A stretch of 64,000 bases of DNA from Nitrososphaeria archaeon (lineage in GTDB: Archaea; Thermoproteota; Nitrososphaeria; Geothermarchaeales; JDFR-13): contig JALWXN010000004.1 of the NCBI GenBank assembly GCA_027078545.1, forward strand, positions 288,001 through 352,000, given 5' to 3'. Shown here one piece after another: positions 19,944 through 29,106 of this stretch (within the stretch, counting starts at the first letter, position 1; every line of letters begins with the position of its first letter). The notes below the pieces were generated by a model that was not told the origin of the DNA, did not search any database, and worked only from the letters and a program-made list of their open reading frames with translations. The translations under genes and the position numbers were made by a program.

Positions 19944-21431
19944 ATGAACAAGTTTGTTTTGGTGGTTCTACTTCTGATCACTCTGATAGTTTCGACTGTT
20001 GTGGGTATAGTCTTAGTGTTCTTTCCACAGTACTCGCCCTTGACGGGTGGTTTTACCGGAAACCAGTACATAAACCAGCCTCCAGCCGCCGACTTCACCT
20101 TAACCATGATAAATGGCACTAAGTTCAGGTTGAGTGACTATGCTGGAAAGGTTATAGTCATCTCCTTCATCTACTCTCATTGCCCTGACATATGCCCAGC
20201 TATAACCTCTGGATTTGCAGAGATAGGTGATATTTTGGAGGCTGAAGGAATTCTGGGAGATGCCATCCTTGTTCTCATACCTGTTGACTACCCGGGTGGC
20301 TATGTTGTTGCCGCCACGACTGATAGTCTTTACTACTTGAATTATAGTGGTGTCCCCGAGTGGAAGATAGAGTTGGACTATATACCCATGGGGGTAGAGA
20401 TGTCCCAGGATGCAGGGAGGATTGTGACATGGAGCGATGACACGGTATACATATATGATAGAGACGGCTCTCTACTTACAAGGTTCCTATATCCAGATGG
20501 TATTAGCGACGTGTTCGTATCGGGTGCGGGTCTATTCATCGCTGTAGCATCAGGAAACGTTGTCGACATATATATAGAGGTTTCAGAGGGGCTTGAATAT
20601 TCATACAACAAGTATTCTTCGGTCATCCTAGATAGCGATGTAGTTGGTCTGGGAGCAACAACAAATGGCACATACATATACACTGTCACTACAGACGGAC
20701 TTCTATATAGGATATACAATGGTGAGGTGGATGCCAACATAAGTGTTATTAACAAGACTGTGGTCTGGGGGGATATTGCGTATAGCGGGTCTGTGGCGCT
20801 CCTAGCGACGAATGATTCGCTCTACATGTACAACGTACTTTCCAACTCACTGATAGAGCTTCCGTTTTCACCTGATACTGTGATTGACTATGATATATCC
20901 CAAACTGGAGACTATGTTGCCTTAGTAACAGTTGACGGGGTTTACCTACTAAACGACGACGGTGAGGAGGTTTGGGTTAGACCTACAAGTGCCTCTAGTG
21001 TGTCCATATCTGGTGACAATTATTTCGTATCTATATCCGAGGGAAATAGGGTGTACAGGCTGGATATTAACGGAACTGTTCAGTGGGAAACATCTATTGA
21101 AAGCGATGTCATGTTTGTGGATGTCACTATGGAGAGGGACTCGCCTAGAAGGCTGAAGGAGTGGAGTGAGATCTACGATGCGGAACAGACAATATTCCTA
21201 TATGGATCTTACAAGACATTGTCAAGGATTTGGTCGAACTACGGAATAGCTGTTGCATATGTCGATGTGGATGATCCAGCTACATCATATCTTGTGGCTC
21301 ATACTGGGATGGTATATATCATAGATAAGGAGTTTAAGGTTAGAATCTTCTTCATAGGGGCTCCACCGCAGTGGAGCGCGTCTGACGTGGTTAATGATGT
21401 AATGATACTTGTCAAGGAGGAGGTGGAATAG
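19944..21431 (+). CDS. Sco/SenC copper chaperone with an inserted beta-propeller-like domain
   Basis: DFTL, FIYSHCPDICP (CxxxC), VD...ERDSP and YLVAHT Sco motifs, separated by about 281 aa of repeated beta-strand blades (DISQTGDYVAL, SISGDNYFV, G..QW). Confidence 0.85.
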   Translation: MNKFVLVVLLLITLIVSTVVGIVLVFFPQYSPLTGGFTGNQYINQPPAADFTLTMINGTKFRLSDYAGKVIVISFIYSHCPDICPAITSGFAEIGDILEAEGILGDAILVLIPVDYPGGYVVAATTDSLYYLNYSGVPEWKIELDYIPMGVEMSQDAGRIVTWSDDTVYIYDRDGSLLTRFLYPDGISDVFVSGAGLFIAVASGNVVDIYIEVSEGLEYSYNKYSSVILDSDVVGLGATTNGTYIYTVTTDGLLYRIYNGEVDANISVINKTVVWGDIAYSGSVALLATNDSLYMYNVLSNSLIELPFSPDTVIDYDISQTGDYVALVTVDGVYLLNDDGEEVWVRPTSASSVSISGDNYFVSISEGNRVYRLDINGTVQWETSIESDVMFVDVTMERDSPRRLKEWSEIYDAEQTIFLYGSYKTLSRIWSNYGIAVAYVDVDDPATSYLVAHTGMVYIIDKEFKVRIFFIGAPPQWSASDVVNDVMILVKEEVE

Positions 21432-21454
21432 ATCCTTTCTTTCTTTATACTTTT

Positions 21455-22174
21455 CTATATCCTTACTTTCCCTGCTACATAGATCATTACAGCTATGTTG
21501 ATTATGATACCTATGACAAGTAGGCTGTTTAACAGGTTTACATATAATGCTGATACTCCTAAAAGGGTGCCTGTAGAGGATGATACTATCACTCCTGCCA
21601 CTGTCATTAGGGCTGTGAATCCACATGAAGGGCATGACACTGCTGCTGATGCCGCTGTGGAGACTCCCACTACGCTCAGTGTTGTGGCTAGTCCTGAGGT
21701 ACCAGCCTCGGCTCTACACTTACCCTTCATAGTCTTGTTATAGAACCATATTATTGTGAATACCATGGCTGATACTATCGAGACTGCTAATATAAGCGCC
21801 ATTGTAAGTGGGCTGAAGGTGACTAGCCAGTATGTCTTCCCAGTTAGGAATCCTGGATTGTTGTTCAGGAAGTAATCGTTGAACTCTAGGCCATACCATA
21901 TCAAGACGCCCCTAGGTATCTCCATGTTAGGCGTTGGGTATGTTATCTCCTTGGGAGGGTCTCCAAACCCATATATGACGCTAGTATTGCCTGTAAAGAT
22001 GATCTGCACGGCTAGGGGGGTCAGGAAATTGATTATGAAGAGTATGGATAGTGCTAATGCGAAGAAGCGTGGATGCCTAGTGAGGCTATGTACCAAAACG
22101 TTGAAGGTATGGATAAGCCTCCTCATCTCTCTAGTTATCGTAATCATAGGTGTAGGAATATTAATGTTTAGCAA
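21455..22174 (-). CDS. Multi-pass membrane protein with SCPSCG motif (possible copper/redox accessory factor)
   Basis: About four hydrophobic segments, GKCR and CPSC motifs, same composition as the oxidase genes. Start uncertain. Confidence 0.6.
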   Translation of the reverse strand: MLNINIPTPMITITREMRRLIHTFNVLVHSLTRHPRFFALALSILFIINFLTPLAVQIIFTGNTSVIYGFGDPPKEITYPTPNMEIPRGVLIWYGLEFNDYFLNNNPGFLTGKTYWLVTFSPLTMALILAVSIVSAMVFTIIWFYNKTMKGKCRAEAGTSGLATTLSVVGVSTAASAAVSCPSCGFTALMTVAGVIVSSSTGTLLGVSALYVNLLNSLLVIGIIINIAVMIYVAGKVRI

Positions 22175-22197
22175 TTCATGTATATGTATCCATGGGT

Positions 22198-22311
22198 GCC
22201 GGGATGCCCGAGTGGACCAAGGGGTCGCCGCATCGGCCTAGGCCTTGAGGGCTCTCGGGATAGCCGATGGGGCTCCGCCCCGCGTGGGTTCGAATCCCAC
22301 TCCCGGCGCCA
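22198..22311 (+). tRNA. tRNA-Ser(UGA) with introns at 29/30 (22228-22241) and 37/38 (22250-22261); CCA encoded
   Basis: GCCGGGA/TCCCGGC-GCCA acceptor, long variable arm; spliced arm TCGGC CT TGA GA GCCGA; BHB helices GGGT/GCCT and CTTG/CGGG. Confidence 0.9.
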
Positions 22312-22344
22312 GGTTCCTAACTCCCTCCTTTAATTCCACCTTTT

Positions 22345-23331
22345 GTGGAAAGATTATTCCTAATGAGCATGGTCTATCTGCTCGTCGTGGCTGCCTCGGC
22401 CCTATCTAGCCTGGTCCACTTCCTATACTTCCTGATGGCACGGGATAGGTTCGTGGCTAGGGATGTGTTCAAGCCTGAGGAGACCAGTGTGGTTGACTGG
22501 GGAGGTATTCCCCTATACTTTTCGGTATTATCATCGCTAATATTGTTCCATGTCTTCGGATTCTTGGATCTGGTTACTGTACTGGGGGTGTCTCTATCAC
22601 TTAGCATCGGCTTCATATCCGGCCTGGTGGATGATATACTGCCTTCCCTACCAGGGTATTTCAAGCCACTCACAACTGCTCTTGCCGCTGTACCCCTAAT
22701 CCTCCTAGGCCTATACACGCCCCAGCTCAGGATTTTCGACGGCTATGTATATAGCCTCCCCATCATATATCCACTCCTCATGCTGGGCGGCTTCGCGATC
22801 TCAGCCAATGCCGTGAACATGCTGGATGTCATCAATGGATCCGCCTTGATCGGGAGCTTCATAGTTGTCTATACTGCTTCGATGGCCGCCGCCCTGGCAG
22901 GTTCTACACCCGTGGTTCCTCTTATATTCCTCTCCTGTATGGTCCCCCTTGCATATCTAAATATGTATCCTGCTAGGATGTTCCTTGGGAATAGTGGGGC
23001 TTTGATGCTCGGCGTTATGATAGGCGTCTCGGCGGTGTTACTGGGTGTCGAGACTGTGGTGATGTTCTCGATGTATCCCTTCCTTGTCAACGGCCTGTTC
23101 TACCTGATAAGGTTTAGGGGGTTCCTAGAGAGGCGTAGGCATGGATACCGTGTCGCTGCTCTTGGTGGTGATGGGCTGATCCATGACATGTGTGAGGAGG
23201 GGGCTCCACTAGTTCTTCTCAAGTATCTAGTCGCCTCTAGGCCGAAGTCGGAGCTCAGGGTTTTGTACGAGATAATCCTGCTATTCATATTCTCCTCGTT
23301 GGTGGGCCTAGCTATATACCTCGGGATGTAG
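22345..23331 (+). CDS. Polyprenyl-phosphate GlcNAc-1-P transferase (AglH/Alg7/MraY family)
   Basis: Polytopic; GG, GLVDD, NAVNMLD.ING, N.YPA..FLGNSG motifs; upstream of glmS. Start uncertain. Confidence 0.85.
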   Translation: MERLFLMSMVYLLVVAASALSSLVHFLYFLMARDRFVARDVFKPEETSVVDWGGIPLYFSVLSSLILFHVFGFLDLVTVLGVSLSLSIGFISGLVDDILPSLPGYFKPLTTALAAVPLILLGLYTPQLRIFDGYVYSLPIIYPLLMLGGFAISANAVNMLDVINGSALIGSFIVVYTASMAAALAGSTPVVPLIFLSCMVPLAYLNMYPARMFLGNSGALMLGVMIGVSAVLLGVETVVMFSMYPFLVNGLFYLIRFRGFLERRRHGYRVAALGGDGLIHDMCEEGAPLVLLKYLVASRPKSELRVLYEIILLFIFSSLVGLAIYLGM

Positions 23332-23339
23332 GGTGGTGT

Positions 23340-23567
23340 ATGGTGTCTCGGGAAGTGTTGCATCTATCGGGTCTACTCATACTTATGGCGGCTATATTCG
23401 TGGCAAGTGTACCTATTCTCTGGAGCATCGCTAGGATGGAGCTACTCCCCCAGAGGGTCTTGGACCAGGCTGTCAAGGCCTTGATACACCTCCTATACCT
23501 CTACCTCTATGCCAGGCTCTTCAGCTTTCTCTATAGGCGTAGCTATGAGTCCCTATCGAGGTGCTAG
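23340..23567 (+). CDS. Small two-TM hypothetical protein
   Basis: 75-aa hydrophobic ORF with a GGTGGT RBS, filling the gap between aglH and glmS. Confidence 0.6.
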   Translation: MVSREVLHLSGLLILMAAIFVASVPILWSIARMELLPQRVLDQAVKALIHLLYLYLYARLFSFLYRRSYESLSRC

Positions 23568-23612
23568 CCTAATTTTAGGGCCTCCTCTATGATTATTCTG
23601 TAGGTGCCTATA

Positions 23613-25433
23613 GTGTGTGGAATAATTGGGATCATCGCCTCCCAGGGAAACATCGTGGAGGAGCTGTACCGAGGCCTAAAGCTCCTCGAGTATAGGGGTT
23701 ACGACTCTGCCGGCATGGCTGTTGTGAAGGATGGGGAGCTCCTGATAATCAAGGATAAGGGGATGATAGAGGAGATACATAAGAGGTATAACTTCCTCTC
23801 ACTCGAGGGGAGTGTGGGTATCGCCCATACGAGGTGGGCTACGCATGGCGCTCCGGACAAGGTGAATGCTCATCCCCATACAGACTGTACGGAAACCATC
23901 GCCGTCGTACATAATGGTATCATTGAGAACTACCTGGAGCTCAAGGAGGAGCTGATGAAGAGGGGCCACGTATTCAAATCTAGGACCGACACTGAGGTCG
24001 TGCCCCACCTTATAGAGGAGTATATGAGGAGTGGCCTCACATTCAGGGATGCCTTTATAAAGGCTGTTAAGAGGCTCAGGGGGGCATATGCTATAGCAGC
24101 TATCTCCGCTAATTCGCCGGATAAGATCATGTGTGCCAGGGCTGAGAGCCCCCTCGTCCTTGGCGTTGGTAATGGTAGGGGGTACTGCTCAAGTGATATA
24201 CCCAGCCTGGTAGCCTTCACCGACTCGGTCCTGCCACTGGGGGAGGGTGAGTATGCGGTTATAACTCCGGACTCGGTCTCGATAAGGAGGATATCTGACG
24301 ACAGCCCTGTGAGGAGGAAGTTTAAGAAGGTGAGTATGAGTGTAGAGGAGGCTAAGAAGGAGGGGTATCCCCACTACATGTTGAAGGAGATTCATGAGCA
24401 GCCCTATACGATCAAGTATGCCCTCGAGCTCCAGAGGAACTATCTCGACCTCATGTCCAGCTTCATTGATAGGGCTTCACGCCTATTCTTCGTCGCGGCT
24501 GGGACATCCTACCATGCAGGTATGGTGGGTAGCTATGTCTTCTCTAAGCTGGCTAGGGTGGTCGGCTTCCCGGTCATAGCATCTGAATTTGTATCACACT
24601 ATGGCGAGTCCGTCTCTGTTGATGATGCCGTCCTAGCGATTAGTCAGAGCGGGGAGACTAGGGATGTGCTCTGGGCGGTTGAGTATGCCAAGGCCAGGGG
24701 TGCCACTGTCCTAGCCATCGTTAATGTGCTCGCCTCCACACTCACGAGGATAGCTAGGGTGTATCTCCACCAGCAGAGCGGGCCTGAGATAGGTGTAGCC
24801 GCTACCAAGACCTATACCGGGCAGCTCGCCAGTCTATATCTTTTGGCCCTGACCCTAGCCAGGAATAGGGGTAAGCTTGGCCAGGATGAGCTGGATCACT
24901 ATCTGCAGGAGCTGTACCGTACCCCAGGGGTTGTGAGGGAGGTTCTTGGCCAGGTGGAGGAGGATGCGAAGAGGGTTGCGAAGCTCCTGAAGGACGCTAG
25001 ATACGTGATCTTTCTAGGTAGGGGTGTGAACACAGCCACTGCCCATGAGGGTAGGCTTAAGCTCATGGAGATAAGTTATATACCCAGCCTCTCATACCCG
25101 GCGGGTGAGAATAAGCATGGCCCCATCAGCCTTATAGAGAAGGATGTGCCCGTTGTGGCCCTTGTCCAGGATGATGAGACGAAGAAGTATATGCTTAGCA
25201 ATATCCACGAGGTCCGTACGCGTGGGGCTAAGACGATAGTCATATCCTCCTCAGGGGATGAGGAGGTGTCTGAGGTGGCGGATATACTGATTGAGGTTCC
25301 TAGGGTCGAGCCCCTCTTCACGCCTATAACCTATGTCGTGCCTCTCCAGCTCATCGCCTACTACACTGCGGTGCTCCGTGGTCTAGACCCTGATAAGCCC
25401 CGTAACCTGGCTAAAAGCGTCACTGTGATCTAG
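23613..25433 (+). CDS. glmS: Glutamine-fructose-6-phosphate transaminase
   Basis: GTG 23613 gives M-CGIIG (catalytic Cys1); EYRGYDSAG, HTRWATHG, SQSGET, PRNLAKSVTV. Confidence 0.98.
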   Translation: MCGIIGIIASQGNIVEELYRGLKLLEYRGYDSAGMAVVKDGELLIIKDKGMIEEIHKRYNFLSLEGSVGIAHTRWATHGAPDKVNAHPHTDCTETIAVVHNGIIENYLELKEELMKRGHVFKSRTDTEVVPHLIEEYMRSGLTFRDAFIKAVKRLRGAYAIAAISANSPDKIMCARAESPLVLGVGNGRGYCSSDIPSLVAFTDSVLPLGEGEYAVITPDSVSIRRISDDSPVRRKFKKVSMSVEEAKKEGYPHYMLKEIHEQPYTIKYALELQRNYLDLMSSFIDRASRLFFVAAGTSYHAGMVGSYVFSKLARVVGFPVIASEFVSHYGESVSVDDAVLAISQSGETRDVLWAVEYAKARGATVLAIVNVLASTLTRIARVYLHQQSGPEIGVAATKTYTGQLASLYLLALTLARNRGKLGQDELDHYLQELYRTPGVVREVLGQVEEDAKRVAKLLKDARYVIFLGRGVNTATAHEGRLKLMEISYIPSLSYPAGENKHGPISLIEKDVPVVALVQDDETKKYMLSNIHEVRTRGAKTIVISSSGDEEVSEVADILIEVPRVEPLFTPITYVVPLQLIAYYTAVLRGLDPDKPRNLAKSVTVI

Positions 25434-25495
25434 GCTTCATGGGATTAAGATATATATAGTGCAGGGGGCATAATATCAACCCGAGGCTTGGGAAG

Positions 25496-25945
25496 ATGTC
25501 CCAGGAAGCCGAGTTTAGGGCTATGATAAGGATGTTGGATACGGATATCAAGGGTGCCCTCCCAGCTGTGGAGGGTATCACGAGGATAAAGGGTGTGGGC
25601 CCTACGCTTGCTAGGGCTATTCTCCACAAGCTGGGCATACCCCTGAATAAGAGGATAGGCTTCCTAAGCGATGAGGAGCTTAAACAGATCGAGGAGATGA
25701 TTAAGAACGCTAATAAGTACTTCCCTCCATACCTCCTCAACAGGAGGTTTGACAGGTATAGTGGCGAGGATCTCCACCTAATAGGCTCGGACCTAGAGTT
25801 CGTCGTGAGTAGGGATATCGAGTTCGAGAAGAGTATTGGTTCGTGGCGTGGGCTTAGGCATGCCCTAGGCCTCAAGGTGAGGGGTCAGAGGACCAGGACT
25901 ACTGGTAGGAAGAGGAAGAAGCTGGTTGTTAAGAAGAGGAGGTAG
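25496..25945 (+). CDS. rps13: 30S ribosomal protein S13
   Basis: IKGVG, RGLRHALGLKVRGQRT. Confidence 0.98.
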   Translation: MSQEAEFRAMIRMLDTDIKGALPAVEGITRIKGVGPTLARAILHKLGIPLNKRIGFLSDEELKQIEEMIKNANKYFPPYLLNRRFDRYSGEDLHLIGSDLEFVVSRDIEFEKSIGSWRGLRHALGLKVRGQRTRTTGRKRKKLVVKKRR

Positions 25946-26494
25946 TTGGGTATGAGGAGGCTTAGGAAGAAGTATGAGGGCCCGTTTAAGCCGTGGGACT
26001 ATGAGCTCCTGATGGAGGAGCTCAGACTGGTGGGTGAGTATGGGCTTAAGAATAAGAGGGAGCTACGAAGGATGGCCACCATGTTGAGGAAGATCAGGGC
26101 TGTTGCTAGGGAGGCCTATGGACTGCCTGAGGAGGAGAAGAGGCGTGTGGAGAGGGAGCTTGTGGGTAGGCTCTACAAGATGGGGGTCCTGCCTGAGGAT
26201 GCCACGCTAGACGATGTTTTGAGGCTGGAGGTTAGGGATCTGCTTGAGAGGAGGCTCCAGACCCTTGTCTATAGGAAGGGCCTAGCCAAGAGTATCTACC
26301 AGGCTAGGCAGATGGTTGTCCATGGACATATAGTTGTGGGTGACCGTGTGGAGGACCGGCCTGGTAGGCTAATATATAGGGATGAGGAGGATAAGATTGC
26401 TATCCGGCCAACGAGTCCATATGCAAACCCTGATCATCCCCATTGGAAGGAGGTGAGTGGAGCTGTCGAAGGAGAAGCCTCAGAAGAAGGTTGA
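25946..26494 (+). CDS. rps4: 30S ribosomal protein S4
   Basis: [25 protein letters not shown]. Confidence 0.98.
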   Translation: MGMRRLRKKYEGPFKPWDYELLMEELRLVGEYGLKNKRELRRMATMLRKIRAVAREAYGLPEEEKRRVERELVGRLYKMGVLPEDATLDDVLRLEVRDLLERRLQTLVYRKGLAKSIYQARQMVVHGHIVVGDRVEDRPGRLIYRDEEDKIAIRPTSPYANPDHPHWKEVSGAVEGEASEEG

Positions 26495-26873
26495 GCTCTG
26501 GGGAGTCGCCCATATATATAGTAGTATGAACAACACGATCGTCCATATAACCGATCTAACCGGTGCCGAGACCATAGCTATAGCCTCGGGAGGTATGTTT
26601 GTGAAGGCTGACAGGTATGAGGGCTCGCCCTACGCTGCTATGATGGCTGCTAAGAAGGCTGCCGAGGTTGCTAGGTCCAAGGGAATAGTAGGTGTACATA
26701 TTAAGGTCAGGGGTGTTGGTGGACACTTCTCACCCATACCTGGGCCCGGTGCACAGGCCGCTATTAGGGCCCTCGCTAGGAGCGGGCTTAAGATCGGTAT
26801 AGTCGAGGACGTGACCCCGATACCTCATGACAGGACCCGTAGACCTGGTGGCCGTAGGGGAAGGAGGCTATGA
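26457..26873 (+). CDS. rps11: 30S ribosomal protein S11
   Basis: [30 protein letters not shown]. Confidence 0.98.
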   Translation: MELSKEKPQKKVELWGVAHIYSSMNNTIVHITDLTGAETIAIASGGMFVKADRYEGSPYAAMMAAKKAAEVARSKGIVGVHIKVRGVGGHFSPIPGPGAQAAIRALARSGLKIGIVEDVTPIPHDRTRRPGGRRGRRL

Positions 26874-27670
26874 AGAAGCCTAGTATACAGGTTGTGGAGT
26901 ATAGTGACGAGGTCTTCAAGGCCATATTTAAGAATGTGCCTGTCGAGATCACCAATTCTCTCCGTAGGGTGATGATGGCCGAGGTACCCACTATAGCGGT
27001 TGAGGAGGTTATAATCTTCAAGAACGACGGCTTCCTTAACGACGACTCCCTAGCTCATAGGCTTGGCCTCATCCCGCTCAAGACCGATATAGAGACGGTC
27101 CGGAGGCTTAGGGAGGGTGATGGATACGTAACCCTGAACCTGAAGGTCGCTGCGCGCACCACTGAGCGGACAGTCTACTCGGGTGATCTGAAGAGTAGGG
27201 ATAGGGCGGTCGCCCCTCTGAGCGATAAGATCGAGATTGCTAAGCTGGCTCCTGGCCAGGCTATTGAGGCTGAGATGTGGGCCGTGCCTGGCACTGGCGA
27301 GGAGCATGCTAAGTGGTCACCGGTAACCGTTGCTGTCGCCCGTGGGGTTCCTAAGATCAGGCTTGCTAAGGATATTCCCCCTGATGTTGCCAAGGGGCTT
27401 GTTGAGGTATGCCCGAAGAACGTCTTCGAGGCTAGGGGTGGTGAGGTCAGGATAGTCGATATAACCAGATGTACTGTCTGTGGCATCTGTGAGGAGGAGT
27501 ATGGAGACTATGTCAAGATCGGGATTGATGAGGGGTCTAGCATCCTATATTTCGAGTCTGTAGGCCAGCTGACTACGAGGGAGATTTTAGACGAGGCTTT
27601 CAACATTCTTTTATCAAAGCTGGAGGAGTTTAAGAATAGGTTTATGGAGGTTGAGTTGGATGTCGCTTAG
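26870..27670 (+). CDS. rpoD: RNA polymerase subunit D (Rpo3)
   Basis: NSLRR...[20 protein letters not shown]; ferredoxin-like Cys motif CP...CTVCGIC. Confidence 0.96.
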   Translation: MKKPSIQVVEYSDEVFKAIFKNVPVEITNSLRRVMMAEVPTIAVEEVIIFKNDGFLNDDSLAHRLGLIPLKTDIETVRRLREGDGYVTLNLKVAARTTERTVYSGDLKSRDRAVAPLSDKIEIAKLAPGQAIEAEMWAVPGTGEEHAKWSPVTVAVARGVPKIRLAKDIPPDVAKGLVEVCPKNVFEARGGEVRIVDITRCTVCGICEEEYGDYVKIGIDEGSSILYFESVGQLTTREILDEAFNILLSKLEEFKNRFMEVELDVA

Positions 27671-28019
27671 ATATGTGAATAAGAGGAGGCTATACCTCCT
27701 GAACAGGCTTAGGCACTACTCCAACAAGTATGACGCGCCTGTCTGGAGGCGTGTTAGGGAGCTCTTGGACAGGCCTAAGAGGAGGAGGATAGTCGTCAAC
27801 ATATCTAAGATAAACAGGTATACTGAGGAGGGTGACCTAGTGGTGGTGCCGGGTAAGGTGGTGGGCTCTGGGAGTATGGATCATAAGGTTGTGGTAGGCG
27901 CGTTTGACTATAGCTTGAATGCCCGTGAGAAGCTTAGGGAGAGTGGGTGTGAGCCCCTCCTCCTCGAGGAGTTCCTCGAGAGGTATCCCGATGGTAAGGG
28001 GGTGAAGATAATAATATGA
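27660..28019 (+). CDS. rpl18e: 50S ribosomal protein L18e
   Basis: VNISKINR, VVPGKVVGSG. Confidence 0.95.
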   Translation: MSLRYVNKRRLYLLNRLRHYSNKYDAPVWRRVRELLDRPKRRRIVVNISKINRYTEEGDLVVVPGKVVGSGSMDHKVVVGAFDYSLNAREKLRESGCEPLLLEEFLERYPDGKGVKIII

Positions 28020-28480
28020 CTATGGAGGAGATCGTGGTAGACGCGTCTGGAGCTGTTGCTGGTAGACTCGCCTCTAAGATAGCGAAGCTACTACTCGAGG
28101 GTAAGAAGGTATATGTGGTTAACATTGAGAAGGCTGTCGTTACGGGTAAGAGGAAGAGGGTGATTGAGGACTTTAAGAGGAGGCTTGAGGTACGTTCCAA
28201 TGTGAATCCTAGGAGGCATGGCCCCTTCTGGCCCCGATCCCCAGAGGGTATCTTTAGGAGGATGGTTAGGGGTATGCTCCCTAGGAGGAAGCCTAAGGGT
28301 AAGGAGGCCTATAGGAGGCTGAGGGTGTATAGGGGCGTCCCCACAGAGCTTAGGAATAGGGAGGCTGTCAGGTTTGATGATGTGCTCTATAGGGAGAATC
28401 CCTATGGATATGTTACGATTGAGGAGATCGCCCGGGAGATCGGGTGGATACCTATTGAGGAGAGGCTTAGGGGTGTATAG
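28016..28480 (+). CDS. rpl13: 50S ribosomal protein L13
   Basis: GRLAS..AK.LL, R.VRGMLP. Confidence 0.97.
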   Translation: MTMEEIVVDASGAVAGRLASKIAKLLLEGKKVYVVNIEKAVVTGKRKRVIEDFKRRLEVRSNVNPRRHGPFWPRSPEGIFRRMVRGMLPRRKPKGKEAYRRLRVYRGVPTELRNREAVRFDDVLYRENPYGYVTIEEIAREIGWIPIEERLRGV

Positions 28481-28482
28481 AT

Positions 28483-28890
28483 ATGGCGAGGACGAAGGTG
28501 AAGGTATTCACTGGTAAGAGGAAGAAGGCTATTGCGAGGGCGTTTATCAGGGAGGGTAGTGGCAATGTGAGGATTAATGGCTATCCGGTGGAGCTCTGGG
28601 GCCATGAGATTGGGAGGATGAGGGTGATACAGACCCTGCTTCTAGCTAAGGACTATGCCATGAAGTATGACATCGATGTATATGTCCAGGGAGGGGGCTT
28701 TATGGGGCAGGCCGAGGCTGTAAGCATAGCTATTGCGAGGGCATTGGTGGGTGTAACCAAGTCTAAGAGGCTGGAGTCGATATATGAGGAGTTTGACAGG
28801 CGTCTCCTGGCGGGTGATCCGAGGAGGACCGAGCCTAAGAAGCCTCTCGGTCCAGGTCCTAGGAGGAAGAAGCAGACCTCCTATAGGTGA
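28483..28890 (+). CDS. rps9: 30S ribosomal protein S9
   Basis: GKRKKA.A, GGGFMGQA, Q.SYR. Confidence 0.97.
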   Translation: MARTKVKVFTGKRKKAIARAFIREGSGNVRINGYPVELWGHEIGRMRVIQTLLLAKDYAMKYDIDVYVQGGGFMGQAEAVSIAIARALVGVTKSKRLESIYEEFDRRLLAGDPRRTEPKKPLGPGPRRKKQTSYR

Positions 28891-28896
28891 TGCTGT

Positions 28897-29106
28897 ATGA
28901 TCATCCCGGTTAGATGCTTCACGTGTGGGAAGCTGATTGGGGATAAGTGGGAGGAGTTTACAGCTATGATAGAGGCTGGTATTGATCCTAAGGATGCTCT
29001 TGACAGGCTGGGCCTGGAGAGGTATTGCTGTAGGAGGATGCTTCTAAGCCATATAGAGGCTATCGATGACTTCATCCTCTTCCGGGGTATCGACTATGGA
29101 GATTGA
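28897..29106 (+). CDS. rpoN: RNA polymerase subunit N (Rpo10)
   Basis: [18 protein letters not shown]. Confidence 0.98.
   Translation: MIIPVRCFTCGKLIGDKWEEFTAMIEAGIDPKDALDRLGLERYCCRRMLLSHIEAIDDFILFRGIDYGD

Noticed and set aside
20289-21131. Sco insert as an intein
   Set aside because: No C/S1, no HN terminus and no C/S/T at +1; the sequence is a beta-repeat.
15963-22311. Oxidase island as a tRNA-integrated element
   Set aside because: No integrase, no duplicated tRNA fragment seen, and the island lies 5' of the tRNA.
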